Below, piece by piece: positions 12,553 to 25,140 of a DNA stretch of 64,000 nt. The DNA is from Felis catus (Eukaryota): positions 200,324,001 through 200,388,000 of the forward strand of contig NC_058368.1 in the NCBI RefSeq assembly GCF_018350175.1, given 5' to 3'. The translations under genes were made by a program, and so were the position numbers. The notes beneath the pieces are model-generated. The model had not been told where the DNA came from, searched no databases, and saw nothing but the letters and a program-made list of their open reading frames with translations. The first letter of the stretch is position 1, and each line of letters begins with the position of its first letter.

Positions 12553-13316
12553 CGCTGCTAGTTTCAAAGATAATTTTTTTAAAAATCCACAAAAGACATT
12601 AATTAGGGAAAAGATTTGGGGAGGTCCTCCAGCATCAGTAGATAGTTATGTTTTCCCTTTGGGAGAAAAAAATACTCAGTCTATAAGTTTTTAAAGTTGT
12701 ATTGGAACATGTGTGCTTCTTTTACCAACAAGTAAGCCGTAACTGAAATAAAGAGAGGGAATATGGTATGTTTGAAACATTCTTGTGAGAGGCCCCCCTC
12801 TCCCCGCCTAAATTATGCTTGCTTATTGTGGTCACTATTGAGTGTATCAAAAATGAGGTGAGAAAGTCGTGACAGGAAACTACCTGTGGATCTCATTGCT
12901 GATCCAGAGGAAGTGGTACTCTTCTCTCCATAGTGAGCCACTGTTGTCATTTGTACATAAATTCCTCTTTACTGGTTCCTCATCTAAATTTTCAGAGGAG
13001 TGTTAGACTGCTTGGTTGTTCAAATAATTAAAAAAAAATCAGGTGGTGAGTGGAGTTATTTCAGATAATGTCTGAATGTCTGTAATAGAAAATGAAGGCA
13101 CTGTTAACCCTAAGCTTAGTTTCTGTCTCTCAGTGTCCCAAAACATCCATTATATTGCAAAGAAAAGAATGAAATTAAAGCATTATTAGCATAAGAAGAG
13201 GAGTCATTTATAATTTTGCCAGATCCAAATACAGCATTACAATCTACTAAAATACATTTAATTTAATTTCTTCAAAAATAAAATTTTGCTATTTTGGTGT
13301 CTAATATATATCATAT

Positions 13317-13516
13317 TTATTTATTTTAATGTTTATTTGTTTTTGAGAGAGAGCACACATGAACAGGGGAGGGGCAGAGAGAGGGGGCAGAGGATCTTAA
13401 GCAGGCTCTCTGCACTGACAGCAGAGAGCCCTATGTAGGGATTGAACTCAGGAACTGAGGGATCATGATCTGAGCCAAAGTCTGATGCTTAACCAACTGA
13501 GCCACCCAGGCACCAC
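13317..13516 (-). mobile_element. Can-SINE
   Basis: ctgagccacccaggcacc end, GA-rich tract, T-rich tail. Confidence 0.9.
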
Positions 13517-16500
13517 TAGATACTTATTTGTTTTAAGGATGACTAGCTCAAGTTTTAAATCAAGGTTGACAAATTATGAGTTTTTTTTTTCTCCCAACTG
13601 TGCAGATGATTTTATTTTACTTTATTTTGGCTGAATTGGATGCATTGATTTGGGGTGTTTATTTTATAAAATTTAAATTTAAAAGCTATGTAACAATTTT
13701 CTTTTTCTTCTCTGCACATTCAGTAAGTTTTTAGTGGAGGGAAAAATTTGAAATCTGGTATTTGAGAATAGCCTCTGCCAAAGTCATGAATAATGTGTAT
13801 TTCAGACAGGAGGCTCTGGGTGTGAGAGGGTCTTAAAGAGTAGGGGGGTGCCTCAAATCAGAATGCTTTGGGAGGTTTCCCAAGAAGGTCAGAAGCACTG
13901 AGTGTGTAATAAGCGGGGGGCACTACAGCAGCCATTATCTTCCCTCTGACAGAGCAGCTCACTGACCTGGCATGCTGGCAAATGGAGAGGAAAACTCTGC
14001 ACCGAGATGTAAATTCCCCATCCAGGTCCCTCATGAATATCTTGTCTCCAGGATTCAAGCCAGTGACCTGGAAAACAAGGTTCCACCCCAATCAAAATGA
14101 CAGGCAGAGCTGGTTTCCTGTTAGGAAGACTGTGAGGTGTGTAAAAAAATTATGATTTCTGAGGGGAAAAAAATTAGATGTCACACAGAGCAAAATATTA
14201 CTTTCAAATGGTCCTCTGCAGTTCTTTTGAATGGCAGCTGTTAAGAATTCAATTGTGTGCATGACACGCTGGAATCCAGAATGGAAGTTCTGTTGGGGGG
14301 CAGGAATGAATAGAAATTTTCAATTTAAATACTCATTTGAGAATATTTGAATATCTGTCATTCTTTATAGCCTAAAGGTTAATTCTTGAAAAATAATTTC
14401 CATTAGCAACACAAATTGTAACCTTGTCAATTCCTCTTATGTAATGCTTCAGTGCTGAAAGGCATACTCTTGCAAAACTATACTATTAAATATATAACCC
14501 TGGTTTATATACTTCCTTTAGAAGTTTCATTGATTTATCAGTTATTTGTTTATGGAAATTCATTAAGATTTGTCTACTCTTATGTTCAACATAATGTAAT
14601 TATGGATCAATTTTTTTGAATTATGGAAAAGACTAAAATTATGAAAGATACCTGTGTTACATATTTTAATGAAAGAGATGTCTAAAATTTCAATGAAAAA
14701 CATGACCATTTTAGAGTATTGTATTATACAGTACTGTATATAGTAAGTCAATGCTTTAGATTTTGATTATATTTTCAACAGCATGTTTATTTAAAATCTA
14801 TTTTTTCTAGTAATATTTTATCCTCCTTTTTATAATAATTGATAAACTGCAACTCAGTTAAGACAAATCAAATGTTCTGCCACACATGATCAACTTGAAA
14901 CAATTAATCATATATCAAATACAGCATGTAAAGTATGTGTAAAAATCAGAACTAAACCTCTTTTGCTTTCCCAACAACAGCATTTGCACTTAATGTCAAT
15001 TAAAATTAAATTTCAAAAAGAGGTTTTGAGAGTTTTAGTTTACACAGACATATGTAAAAATTTTTTAGAAAAATAACATCTCAATATTCTTTATTTTAAA
15101 ATGCATTTTATTATGATGATGATATATAGACCAATTAAAAAATCAACTTTGAAGTTAAAAAATCACTATCTGAAAGAGAAAACAAAACCAGGAACACATA
15201 TTTTGGGATTTTCACTAGGAATATTATACATACATAGACATTTTTTCCCTTGTTACTCCCACGTGAAATTTCTGTTTATATATTGCAGTTTTTAAGAACT
15301 TTCTGGTTTAGTAAAATCCAGATGCAAATTACATTCTGTATTGTTATGATCTTTATATCAGAGTTGGAAGTTACCTTCCAAAAGATTTCTTAGCATGGGA
15401 AAATCTTCAGACTCAACCACTGGTGTTAAAAATGACTGGTTTTGATATTTTGGAGTTGTTATGGGTGATTTTTGGAAAACTACAATTTAAATTTGCACAC
15501 AGAGCTTAGACAGAATAAATATGTTAATGAGCTCCAGCCATGGATTGCACACTCAAATTATCATCAATTGTGCATGAAATTTTTCCAGGCTATTTGTTCT
15601 GAAAATATGTACTAAATTATGCATTCAGCTTAGATTCAGGCATAAAAATAGGTTTTCACAAATATTTTCAGATGGCAATTTTTGTGTGTGCAAATACTAT
15701 ACAATCTTGTTATATGGCATTTTTACTTTACTAGATTAAAATCAACATTCGGACTAGTTCCATTCATTGTCAAAAAAGCACAGGCAGTTTTTTTGCCACT
15801 CTTAAATTATATCCTCAAATAATAAGATACACTATTGTTTATAAAAACTACCATAAGCATGCCTTCTGTTCACTTCTATGTCACTAAAATATACCTTCAA
15901 TCTAAGGAAACAATTCTTAAGCATTCCCTTGCAGTAAGCATTATAATGGCAACATTGAGTTCCTCTGAATTTTATGTTCAGTTTTTCAAAGGACTTTATA
16001 GATGTGAGAACTACATTTGTCTCTTTGAATTCTACAACAAAATAACTTAAAGTTTCAGATCAAAAAATAGCATTACAATCATAGCAAAATTTAATACTAG
16101 AAGAATAAAAAGGCAAATGAATGACCTTTCTGTGACTAGAGCTAAATATTTCCTAATCTAAGATTGTTAATTTTACTGATGAATTTATTATTTGATCATA
16201 GCCAAATAACAGTCCAAGTAGCAGTTTGCAGGGTGATTCTTCATTCTTCACCACAAGAATCAGAGAAAATGTTTTCATGTAGTGGGGGTGAGGAAAGTAA
16301 GCATGAGCTTGAAGGAATCTTACGTCTTCTTTGCTGCCTCAATTGTGCATTTAAGAAAGAGGATGGAACTTGAAAGCAGATTCAGAGGAACAAGGACCTT
16401 TGTCATTGTATGAGCACAGAGCGGGAGATCTGTAGTAAGGGCATGAATTACTGGGTATTTTCTTAGGCTCGGAGCTACAGATTTCAACTGCTTACTGTAA

Positions 16501-16575
16501 GGGCTTCCACTGCAGCTTAAAGGTTTATAATCAGGGAATGTTTGGGCTAGAAAGCATCGTAAAGAACATAAGTCT

Positions 16576-16770
16576 GGGGGTGCCTGGGTGGCTCAGCTGG
16601 TTAAGCGTTCGACTCTTGATTTCAGCTCAGGTCATGATCTCATGGTCTGTGAGGTCCAGCCTGACAGTGCTGAGCCTGCTTGGGATTCTCTCCCTCTCTC
16701 TCTGTCTTTCCTCTCTTCATGCATGCTCTTTCTCTCTCAAAATAAATAAACAAACTTAAAAACAAACAAA
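16576..16770 (+). mobile_element. Can-SINE
   Basis: ggggtgcctgggtggctcag head; diverged TSD aaagaacataagtct / aaagaacagacttct. Confidence 0.92.
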
Positions 16771-17250
16771 AAAGAACAGACTTCTGATCTTCTTACCATG
16801 CTCACTGGTTGCTGGGTAGGCTCTAACGTGGTTGCAGAGTAGTACAGTCACAGAGAACTTCAGTGCTTCCAAATAAAGTTGTTTGGAGGCCAGATTATAC
16901 TTCAAAGTTTATTATAGCCAAAATGTGAAAAATACAACTATGTTTTTTGTAATAGAAACATGTAACTAAGTAAGTATTTGTGATGATCTTCGGAATGATC
17001 TAATTCGGTTAGAGTGTTTGCTAATTAATTTAGTGGTTGGAAGTATCCCAAACAGGCTTGTATCTTTTCGATGGCTTTGAAAAGTATTTCATTCTTTTAG
17101 CAAAAATTAATGATCCAATATTTTTCAATTAAAAATTTTAAGAACATTTTTTGTATTATTTTTATATTATTTATATTTATATTTTTGAGCTCAGGGACAG
17201 CCATCTCTTAAAATGCTGAAGTAGGTAAAATTTGTCATTGGTTTCATCAC

Positions 17251-17298
17251 TTTCCTAACCTGCACCCTTTTCTGCCCAAATTTTCTTTTCAGGTGAGT
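17251..17298 (+). other. Candidate recursive splice site (3'ss directly followed by 5'ss)
   Basis: Branch-like cctaac, AG-free pyrimidine tract, then CAG|GTGAGT. Confidence 0.4.
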
Positions 17299-17479
17299 GA
17301 GTCTTTCCTTTAGATTTTCCCAAATGACTCCCTCCCATCCTTGTAAAGTTCACTGTTTTCAAGCCTTCCTGGTGATGCCACTGTCTGTGGATATGCATTC
17401 TCTGTACTTCCCTCCAAAGTCAGCCCTTGTTCTGTACATCCTTACCCTCCTTCGAAGTATATCCCTAGGTGGCTGCCTT

Positions 17480-17950
17480 TGCCAGGGATTGTTTGGTTTT
17501 AAGATATGGAAACCCACCTCAACTAATCTGAGCAAATGAGAATGACCATCTATCTGAAGCCAAGAGCAGAAACTGTAGCCATGCCTTAATGTAGAACTGA
17601 AAAAAAGGACCTGGGAGGTCATCAATAATTAAAAGAAATTACCCTCTCCAACTGTTTTTCTCTGGGGTTGCATGTGTATACATCTCTTGTCTCCATGCAT
17701 TTTCTTTTCTTTAACTTCAGAGAATATATGCTGCTTAGTTGCAGAGGAGGCCTCATCATGACTTGTCCCTAGAAAGTGACCTTTAAATTTGAGGCTAACT
17801 CACTTTATAAGTATAGTATCTGAATTTTTTTGAGCCAGTCCTTAAGTGTACCAGTTGTAATTTTCTTAGAGACAGAATCTCATGGACCTAACACAGCCCC
17901 TGGATTACATGTCCAGCCCTGAATTAGTCAGTGTCTAGAGAAAGAGGTAT
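17480..17950 (-). mobile_element. Old MLT1 (J-M type) LTR
   Basis: ggttttaagatatggaaacccacctcaactaatctgagcaaa and a terminal agaatctcatgg..tgtccagccctgaattagtcag block. Confidence 0.55.
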
Positions 17951-18619
17951 CTCTTCTCAATGATGAAGGGTGGAGAGTGGAGAAAGATGGTGTGGCTCTA
18001 AAAGGCACCTGAGACCTTCCTTTCTTTCCATGCAGCTTTGTTGTGTTTTTGAAATTAATAAATTGTTAGATAAATTCATTAATCAGTTAATATATTCAAA
18101 AAGTGCTAGTAAATTACCCTCTGATAAAGCTTTTTGCCTTTTAATGGCTCTTTGGTGCCTAGATCATAAGTTCAAATGCTTCTAAGGGGTTTGACTGAAA
18201 ATTACAAGATGAAAACATCTGGATATAAGGCAGTTGTCTATAGAAGAGCCTCTGGCCAATTGGAGAGGGCATGCCCGTGTAAAGACATTACACATCATTA
18301 GATCATTAAAAAAATTATTTCTAGAAAAAACAAAACAGCTTATTGGCCAGAAGTAGCCCACAGGCTGCTGTGGTTCCTGGTATGAAGCTCTGCTGTGATT
18401 CAAAAGGATGATTCTAATAGTTGCTCTGATTGGCATCATGAAAAAGCCAGTGGAAAAGGTAGTATTTATTGCCCTATACTATTTCTAAGGTCCAGTAGGA
18501 GAAGTTCTGAATGGGGAGTTAGAAGACTTGGATTCTGGTTCTAATTTTGTGCTTATTAAGATTTTTAAGGTAAGTTTCTTCTCTTGGGGCTCATAGAAAA
18601 AGAGATGACTGCAGACAGG

Positions 18620-18818
18620 AATACAAACTTAGTATTCATCAGAACAACATGATGGCGGTGGTGATTGGATGTGGTGTGTCAAAGCAAAGAGGTCTTATTC
18701 TAGACCAACATTTTCAAAATGCCTGAGAGTAGTAACCAGGAATGTGTATTTCTTAAAAACTCCCCAGGTGGTTTTAATGCAATTATGATGGTGACTGCCA
18801 TTTAGGAAACTGACCTAG
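18620..18818. mobile_element. MER5-type hAT MITE
   Basis: ccaggaatgtgtatttcttaaaaactccccaggtggttttaatgca. Confidence 0.65.
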
Positions 18819-19529
18819 CTGTTCGCTTAGCTCTGACAACCAAAGAGACTAATATTCTAAGACTGACCTTTTCTCATGGGCTGCTCTGCCTGAAATGAAA
18901 TCTGGGATTGCCATATTGAGTAAAACCAGACTTCCCTTGGGAAAGATTAACACATCCACCATTATTTTCTCCTCAGAGACTAGTATGAGGGATTTCTATT
19001 TTCCTACATGTTAAAGCTTGCCTCTGCTAGGGATCAATCATTCAACTGTTAATTCTTTTTTTTTTCCCAACTATTATTGAGTCCTGGTTTTGTAATGCTG
19101 TTTTTATTTTATTGTTGTGTGTGTTTGTGTCTTTGCACTGTCTCCAATTTTTTGTTCCTCTTCAAAAAACTAACTCTTTAGTTTTTGAGTCTAGAAAGAT
19201 TGCATACACCTCAATCTTTCCCAGCCAGATTTCTCTAAATGCTGTCTTATTTATACAGTTCTCTTGCATGTTTCTGTCATATCTTGCATAAAGTTTATGT
19301 ATTTCATATGTTAAACTGCAGAACTTGGTTTATTTTTCTGCTTTTTCCTATTCAATTTTATCTTCATAAAGCAAAAACTCTACCCTATTTATTTTTCTAT
19401 TGCTAGTGTCCAATACATTGGCTAAAAAAAGCAGATATCTCTGTAATTAGTAAATTAGTAACCTGAAAATTGCTGCCACCATTGCTTATATCACCACCAT
19501 CACTGCCATCATCATCATCATTGTCATTA

Positions 19530-19740
19530 CCACTATATGTGTGGAAGAGCTTTACACGCATATTTTCATTTATTTTTCACAAGAATGAGAGTAGTTGCCT
19601 ATTTCTGTCTCCAGTTGTTTTCAGATGAGAAATCTGGGTATAGTGTAAAATAAATGGGCCAAGGTCAATATGTTTGTAAGCTGCAGAGCCAGAGTCTAAA
19701 TCTAGTCTGACTTTGGAGCCCAAGGTCTTAACCACAAAGA
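19530..19740 (-). mobile_element. MIR SINE
   Basis: ttttcagatgagaaatctgg..ccaaggtca..gcagagccag, the reversed MIR core. Confidence 0.65.
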
Positions 19741-20329
19741 TATACTCCTTCCAACATTTATTACAATTGCTCTGAAGTCGGGAGTAAAGATTTGTTAGGC
19801 TGCTTTAGAGTCAGGGTCACCAAATTATTCACAAAAAGAGGAGCTGTTAAAGACATTTGTTGCTTCCTATCACTGCTCACACAACCCTAGATTTTGTATC
19901 CTTGTCTCCTTTTTTTCTGCATGACTGCATCTCTGTGCAAGCTCTGGTCAAGGCAAAGTCACAGTGATTCTGGTTTACATTGTGAAAGCCAGGAAGAAAA
20001 TGCACTGTTCTGACAGTAATACATCAACCTGTTCATGGCAAGCAGAACAAAGCAGCAAACAAATAAAAACTCCATAACCGTCATAGTTCACCAGGTGATC
20101 TAAGAAAAATAATACGTTCATTAAAAATACTTAGCATTGTGCATCACAGATGTACAAATTGACTCATGCCACTATTGGTAATTTCTTATAAGTGCTGGTT
20201 AGCTTTCTTTATTATTATCTGAAATGTTCTTTATAACTGAGGCAGGAATATATTTCTGAACTCTCCACCATGCATCGCTGTCTCTGGTCATTTCTAACCA
20301 CCTGAAATTCAAAAATAATAATAGCAGCA

Positions 20330-20575
20330 GCTAAAATGTTCTGAAAGTTTGCTTTGCATCATTGCATCATGTATTCTCCAGACATTCTCTTATTTCATCC
20401 TGAAAACAACCATGTGAATCACAACTTAATACTATTTCCACTTCACAAATGCATGTACAACCTGAGGCCTAGAGAGATCAAGTAAATTATCATTACCATG
20501 TAACTAATAAATGGAAAAAAATAGTATTCAAATAGAATTCTATCTGATTTTAAAGCTCGTGATATTAACTACCAC
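20330..20575 (-). mobile_element. MIR SINE
   Basis: tttcatcctgaaaacaaccatgtga..cacttcacaaatg..ctgaggcctagagagatcaagtaa. Confidence 0.65.
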
Positions 20576-20589
20576 TCTGCCTCCACCAT

Positions 20590-20935
20590 TCTGCCAAGTA
20601 TTCCACACATTCATGTCCCTGCCTATGCTGCTCCCTCTGTCTGGGTTGCCTTCCCCAGAGTGGTACCCACCTGGCTTCCTTCTGCTCATCCTGCGAAAAT
20701 CATCCAGTCACCACATCTGGAAGACCATTCTTGCCCATACTTTCACCATTTCTTACACTAAGTAAACTCCTTGCTTTTTGTCTTCTAATTTAGCAACACT
20801 CCATTATTATATTTGTGAAGTCATATTTAATTTTCCTATAATGTATTGTGAAAGTGTGCCCTCCTAATGCCAATGTCCAGCAACGTGACCAGCTTGCTAG
20901 GAACGTATAAGAAATACTAAATGGAAAAATAAATG
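20590..20935 (+). mobile_element. L2 3' fragment
   Basis: ctatgctgctccctctgtctgg..ccttccc is typical of L2 3' sequence. Confidence 0.5.
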
Positions 20936-20959
20936 AGCTCTATTACTGATTTCTTTAAA

Positions 20960-22050
20960 AAAATACTTTCTTTTACTTTAACTTCAAATTAACAGAAAAG
21001 TTGCAATAAAAATTCATCACTTATTCAATATATTTACATTACTTCTCTCTAAAATGTATTTTTCATAGATCTCTCATACAAATATAAGAGAACAGTATCT
21101 AGATCCATCTATAGATAAAGATATGTGAATATACATATGTATACATATAATGAGAGAGCAAATTGCAGGTGCCACATACTTTTATTCTTAACTATTCAAA
21201 GTGTATTATCTGAGAACAAAGATATTCTCTTATGTAGCTGTAATACAATTATCAAAATAAATATTTTTAACAATGATACAAAAATAAAGCTATTGTTACC
21301 TAATTCACAATTTTCAAATTTTACAAGTTGTTCCAGTGCAAGATCACTCATTATCTAGTCCTCTCTCTTTTAGACTCATTTAATCTGGAATAGTTCTTCA
21401 CTCTTTTTTTTTTTTCTTTCACTCTTGTTATTTTGACATACTTTAGAGTATATGCCAGTTAAATTGTAGAATAACTGATGACTTAGTCTGATGTTTTCTC
21501 TGACTTTTCCTCCTGATTTGATGCAATTTGTGCATTTTTGTCAAGAATTTCTCAGAAGTTGTATTGTATCCTTCACAGTGCCTTGCATCTGAAGGTGCCT
21601 CTTGGTTCTTTGGTAGTTGCTTTTTTGTTTGTTTCTCTCTACACTATTGGTGATGTTAAGATTTTATCATTCCTTTAAGGTGGTATCCTCTATTCACTTT
21701 AAAGAAGTGGATTATTAATATGTTATATGTGAGAATATATTTTGAGACCATATAAATATTCCTTTCCTCCTACAAATTTCTCATTCCTGCCTGAATCACT
21801 TACCCAAGGTTATTGTATAGTGGTGATTTTCTAATTCCATTATTCCCTGTGCATTTATTAGCTGGAATTCTAATTCAAGGATGATATTTCCTTTTTCCTC
21901 ATTTATTCATATATTTTAATATGGAATAATGAATTTTTATTTTATTCAGTGGTTTATAATGCATACCAAAATTTTTAAAAATCATAAAGTGTTCTTACAC
22001 TTGGCGAGTGGGCTCCCTTAAAGCTGTGCTTCTTTTGCATGTTCTTTTGA
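20960..22050 (-). mobile_element. Old L1 (L1MC-type) 3' fragment
   Basis: aacttcaaattaacagaaaagttgcaa..aacaaagatattctcttatgtagc..tttaatctggaatagttc. Confidence 0.7.
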
Positions 22051-22184
22051 AGATATTCCATACAAATGTATTTTTGATACTTCTCCTATAAGAATTTTAA
22101 TAATCAACAATGTTTGATGTCTAGGGAAAAGGAACTCTGGGATGGATATGAATGGTTTCCCGAACTGTAGGAACTATAGTCTCG

Positions 22185-22362
22185 GTAGTTATGATATGCT
22201 GCAGCTGTCTTGAAAGACCCAGTTGCTTGCATTTCTGCCCAACTTCCAAAACATCATCATGTTTGTAGCTTGAAATCAGCCAGGCCATGAAAATTGTCAG
22301 TTTTCTCCTTCCTTCCTATCCCCTATTGAAGAGATAGTTCTTAAATATCTTACTAGCACTTG
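22185..22362 (+). mobile_element. MER63-like hAT MITE
   Basis: gcatttctgcccaacttcca..gtagcttgaaatcagcca..ttaaatatcttactagcac. Confidence 0.6.
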
Positions 22363-24304
22363 GCTAGCTATATCCAATTTCAAATTTGCTGTTACTTTTT
22401 TTCTGGCTAAGAATCCTGAGAAGCTGGTGTAGCTGTCCTTGAAATACTTAATGTCACCTACTCGTCTTCTGCCTTAGAACACAGTCCTAAGAAGCAGAAG
22501 GACATAATGAATGGGAGATAAACGGTAGCTGAGAGTAAATTCCCCCATTGGTTGTCCCTCCCAAACATGTAAAAGAGGCCTCATAAGCCTAGAGTCATCT
22601 GGTAAAAAGAGGTCATTCCAATTCTATGAACGTGGCTCTTTGGGGTCTCAGAGGGGTGTGTGCCTGGAGCTGAGGAGGTCTCTTCCGAACGGGCAAATAC
22701 AATTACCCAGCTTCAATGGATGTAGCTGCCATTTGAGGTTCACTGATTCCTCTTCCTCTCAACCTCACAGCCCCCACACCATGTCTTTGTCTCACTGCAG
22801 CCCATCACAGAGAGCTGTCCCAGATAACCACAAGTTAAAAATGCTTGGGTGAATTTGTTCTGGAAAGTGGGGTCTCTATCAAATTCTTATTTAAAACGTG
22901 TGTGCCCAGCTGGAGCATTTATTTATCTCAGATTGATAAGCAAGCCTCGGCTTGTTTTCATCGTTCCAAATTTGCTTTGACACAGAATGTTGACACTACC
23001 AACCTGGGCTCAAATTTCATCACATGCTTTTACCAAAAGGGTGGCCAGCAGGATAGGATTTCTCTAATGTGACAGTACTTGAATGTACTATCCAGCTTTT
23101 AGTGTAACAGCATTTGAAAGGCTTGCTCTAACACTAAGAGGGGTTGTAACATTCTTGAACAGATGCAATTCTAAGTGCTGTGCCATTCTCAGAAAGGTAA
23201 CCAGGAGTATGGAAGCTTTGCTTACTCTCTTTCAAATCCACAAACGATCACTCTCTCTCAATCTGCTGCTTCCAAAGGAATGTAGATCATATAAAGATGT
23301 ATTTAAATATTTTCTCTTTCTTCTTTATATGGTGTCATAAACACTGCATTTTATTTTTATTTTTTTGCAATAATTTGTAAAGTAAAGATGCGAAAATAAA
23401 AATTTTACCTACTTTATTATTTGTAAGATTGTTTCCTGACAGATCTGATTGTGACAACCAGACGAATATTAAATGCTGACACCTGCTATTAAGTTGGAAT
23501 TTTTGATGAGGTTCAAAGATAGATCTCCATGACCTGGAAAAATAAATCAAGGTCACTGATTGACTCATGCAAAGTCTTTCAGCCATTTATATTACAATGT
23601 AATTATAGCAAACTGAAGTACAATTCTGGAAGCGCTGTAACCTAGTCACATTGATACATATGCATTGTATGATGAATAAATGAAAAGAGAGAAAAAGACA
23701 ATATGCAGAGGAAATTGCTTATATTCTTTATTATGAGGAGATTCTAAGTACTGCATAGATACCTGAAAGATTAGTTTTCAGATACCCATTATTCAGTGAT
23801 GTTCAGGTCATTTTGATTTACTATAATGTTGCTTGCATTCACTCTTTATTATTATTATTTGCATCTAAAACATAGTCCTATTATTTTACCTGATCTTAGA
23901 AATGAGCATTATTTCAAAACTGAAACACTTTCTGATTATAATAGTGAAGAATATCTAAACATCCGTTGGTATATCTTGAAGAAACATCAAATCAAAGTGT
24001 GCATTAAGGTTTCTTCTGCTGCAGTGTCTTTGGGAAATTGTGGGAGGATAGAAATGTTCATATTTCCAGAATCTTTCTGCTCATTTATTTCAGATTTAGA
24101 CTCAGTACTATTGAGTCAGCTGGTCCCCCCCTTATCAAGGAGCAGTAATACAAATGTACAAATAGAAGCACTGTATAGAGTTATGTGTGTTCGAGATGCA
24201 ACTTCTTGTTAGTAGTATTTTCTTTCTTGGATGAAAAGGAAAGTGCTGATTGGCAGTCCCGTTGCCTGAAATATGAAGGAGAATAGTCAAGAATTTATTG
24301 GTTA

Positions 24305-24490
24305 GGGGCGCCTGGGTGGCTTAGTCGGTTGTGTCTGACTTTTGGTTTTGGCTCAGGTCTATGAGCTCACAGTTTGTGGGTTCTAGTCCTGCATTGGGCT
24401 CTGTGCTGACAGTGAAGAGCCTATTTGGGATTCTTTCTCCCTCTCTCTCTGCCCCTCCCACACACACTCTCTCTCAAAATAAATTTAAAA
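24305..24490 (+). mobile_element. Can-SINE
   Basis: ggggcgcctgggtggcttagtcggtt head; TSD aagaatttattggtta / aagactttattgatta. Confidence 0.92.
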
Positions 24491-25067
24491 AAGACTTTAT
24501 TGATTAAAAAATTATAACATCAAGGGGTTACTTAGCCCTTCCCTTGGTTCTAGTCAACAGCAGTTCGTTTCCTTAGTTATTCTCTGGAGGAAAGAAAAAA
24601 AAAAAAGAAAATTTCAAGGAGCAAAGCTGTGGCTAAGAGGTATTATGACAAATTTCCTGTACCTGAGAAAATGTAAAATGGAGGACCAAGGTGGATTTGT
24701 TGTCTTTTTTTTCTTTCTTTTTAATTCCAGGAGATTCCAGTACATTGTTGCACTTTAATAGCTAAATGAAATACTTAAACACAGTGTACATAGATAGTTC
24801 TCATAAATCAAATGCCTTTTTTAGAGGTACACCTAAAATGTATTGTAGACAATAAAGTTTCAGTATTGTTTAAAATGGATCCCTCCTTTCAATATGTATG
24901 AATTGCATGAATTTTACCATCTTTTTGACTATATGCCTTTAGGCTGTGTCCCCTAAAAATTTTATATGACATCCCCTTCACCCAAGATTGCATCAAGCTT
25001 TTTTTCTTGTAGTTGGTATGATGGAAACTCTCTCTATCTCTCTCTCTGTCTTATCTCTATCTCTCCT

Positions 25068-25140
25068 TCTCCCTCTCCCTCTCCCTCTCCCTCTCCCTCT
25101 CCCTCTCCCTCTCCCTCTCCCTCTCCCTCTCCCTCTCCCT
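25068..25140. repeat. (CCCTCT)n homopyrimidine repeat
   Basis: About 12 perfect hexamer units; source of the SPSP and LPLP ORFs. Confidence 0.95.

Noticed and set aside
13697..13730. Pyrimidine tract plus cagtaagt as a recursive site
   Set aside because: AG and GT share one G, so splicing at the AG would not regenerate a donor.
13908..13928. CTCF-like site aagcggggggcacta
   Set aside because: Lacks the CC and central AG of the CCASYAGRKGGC core.
18560..18576. AAG|GTAAGT donor
   Set aside because: Lies in a MIR-like relic, has a poor upstream tract and no partner acceptor.
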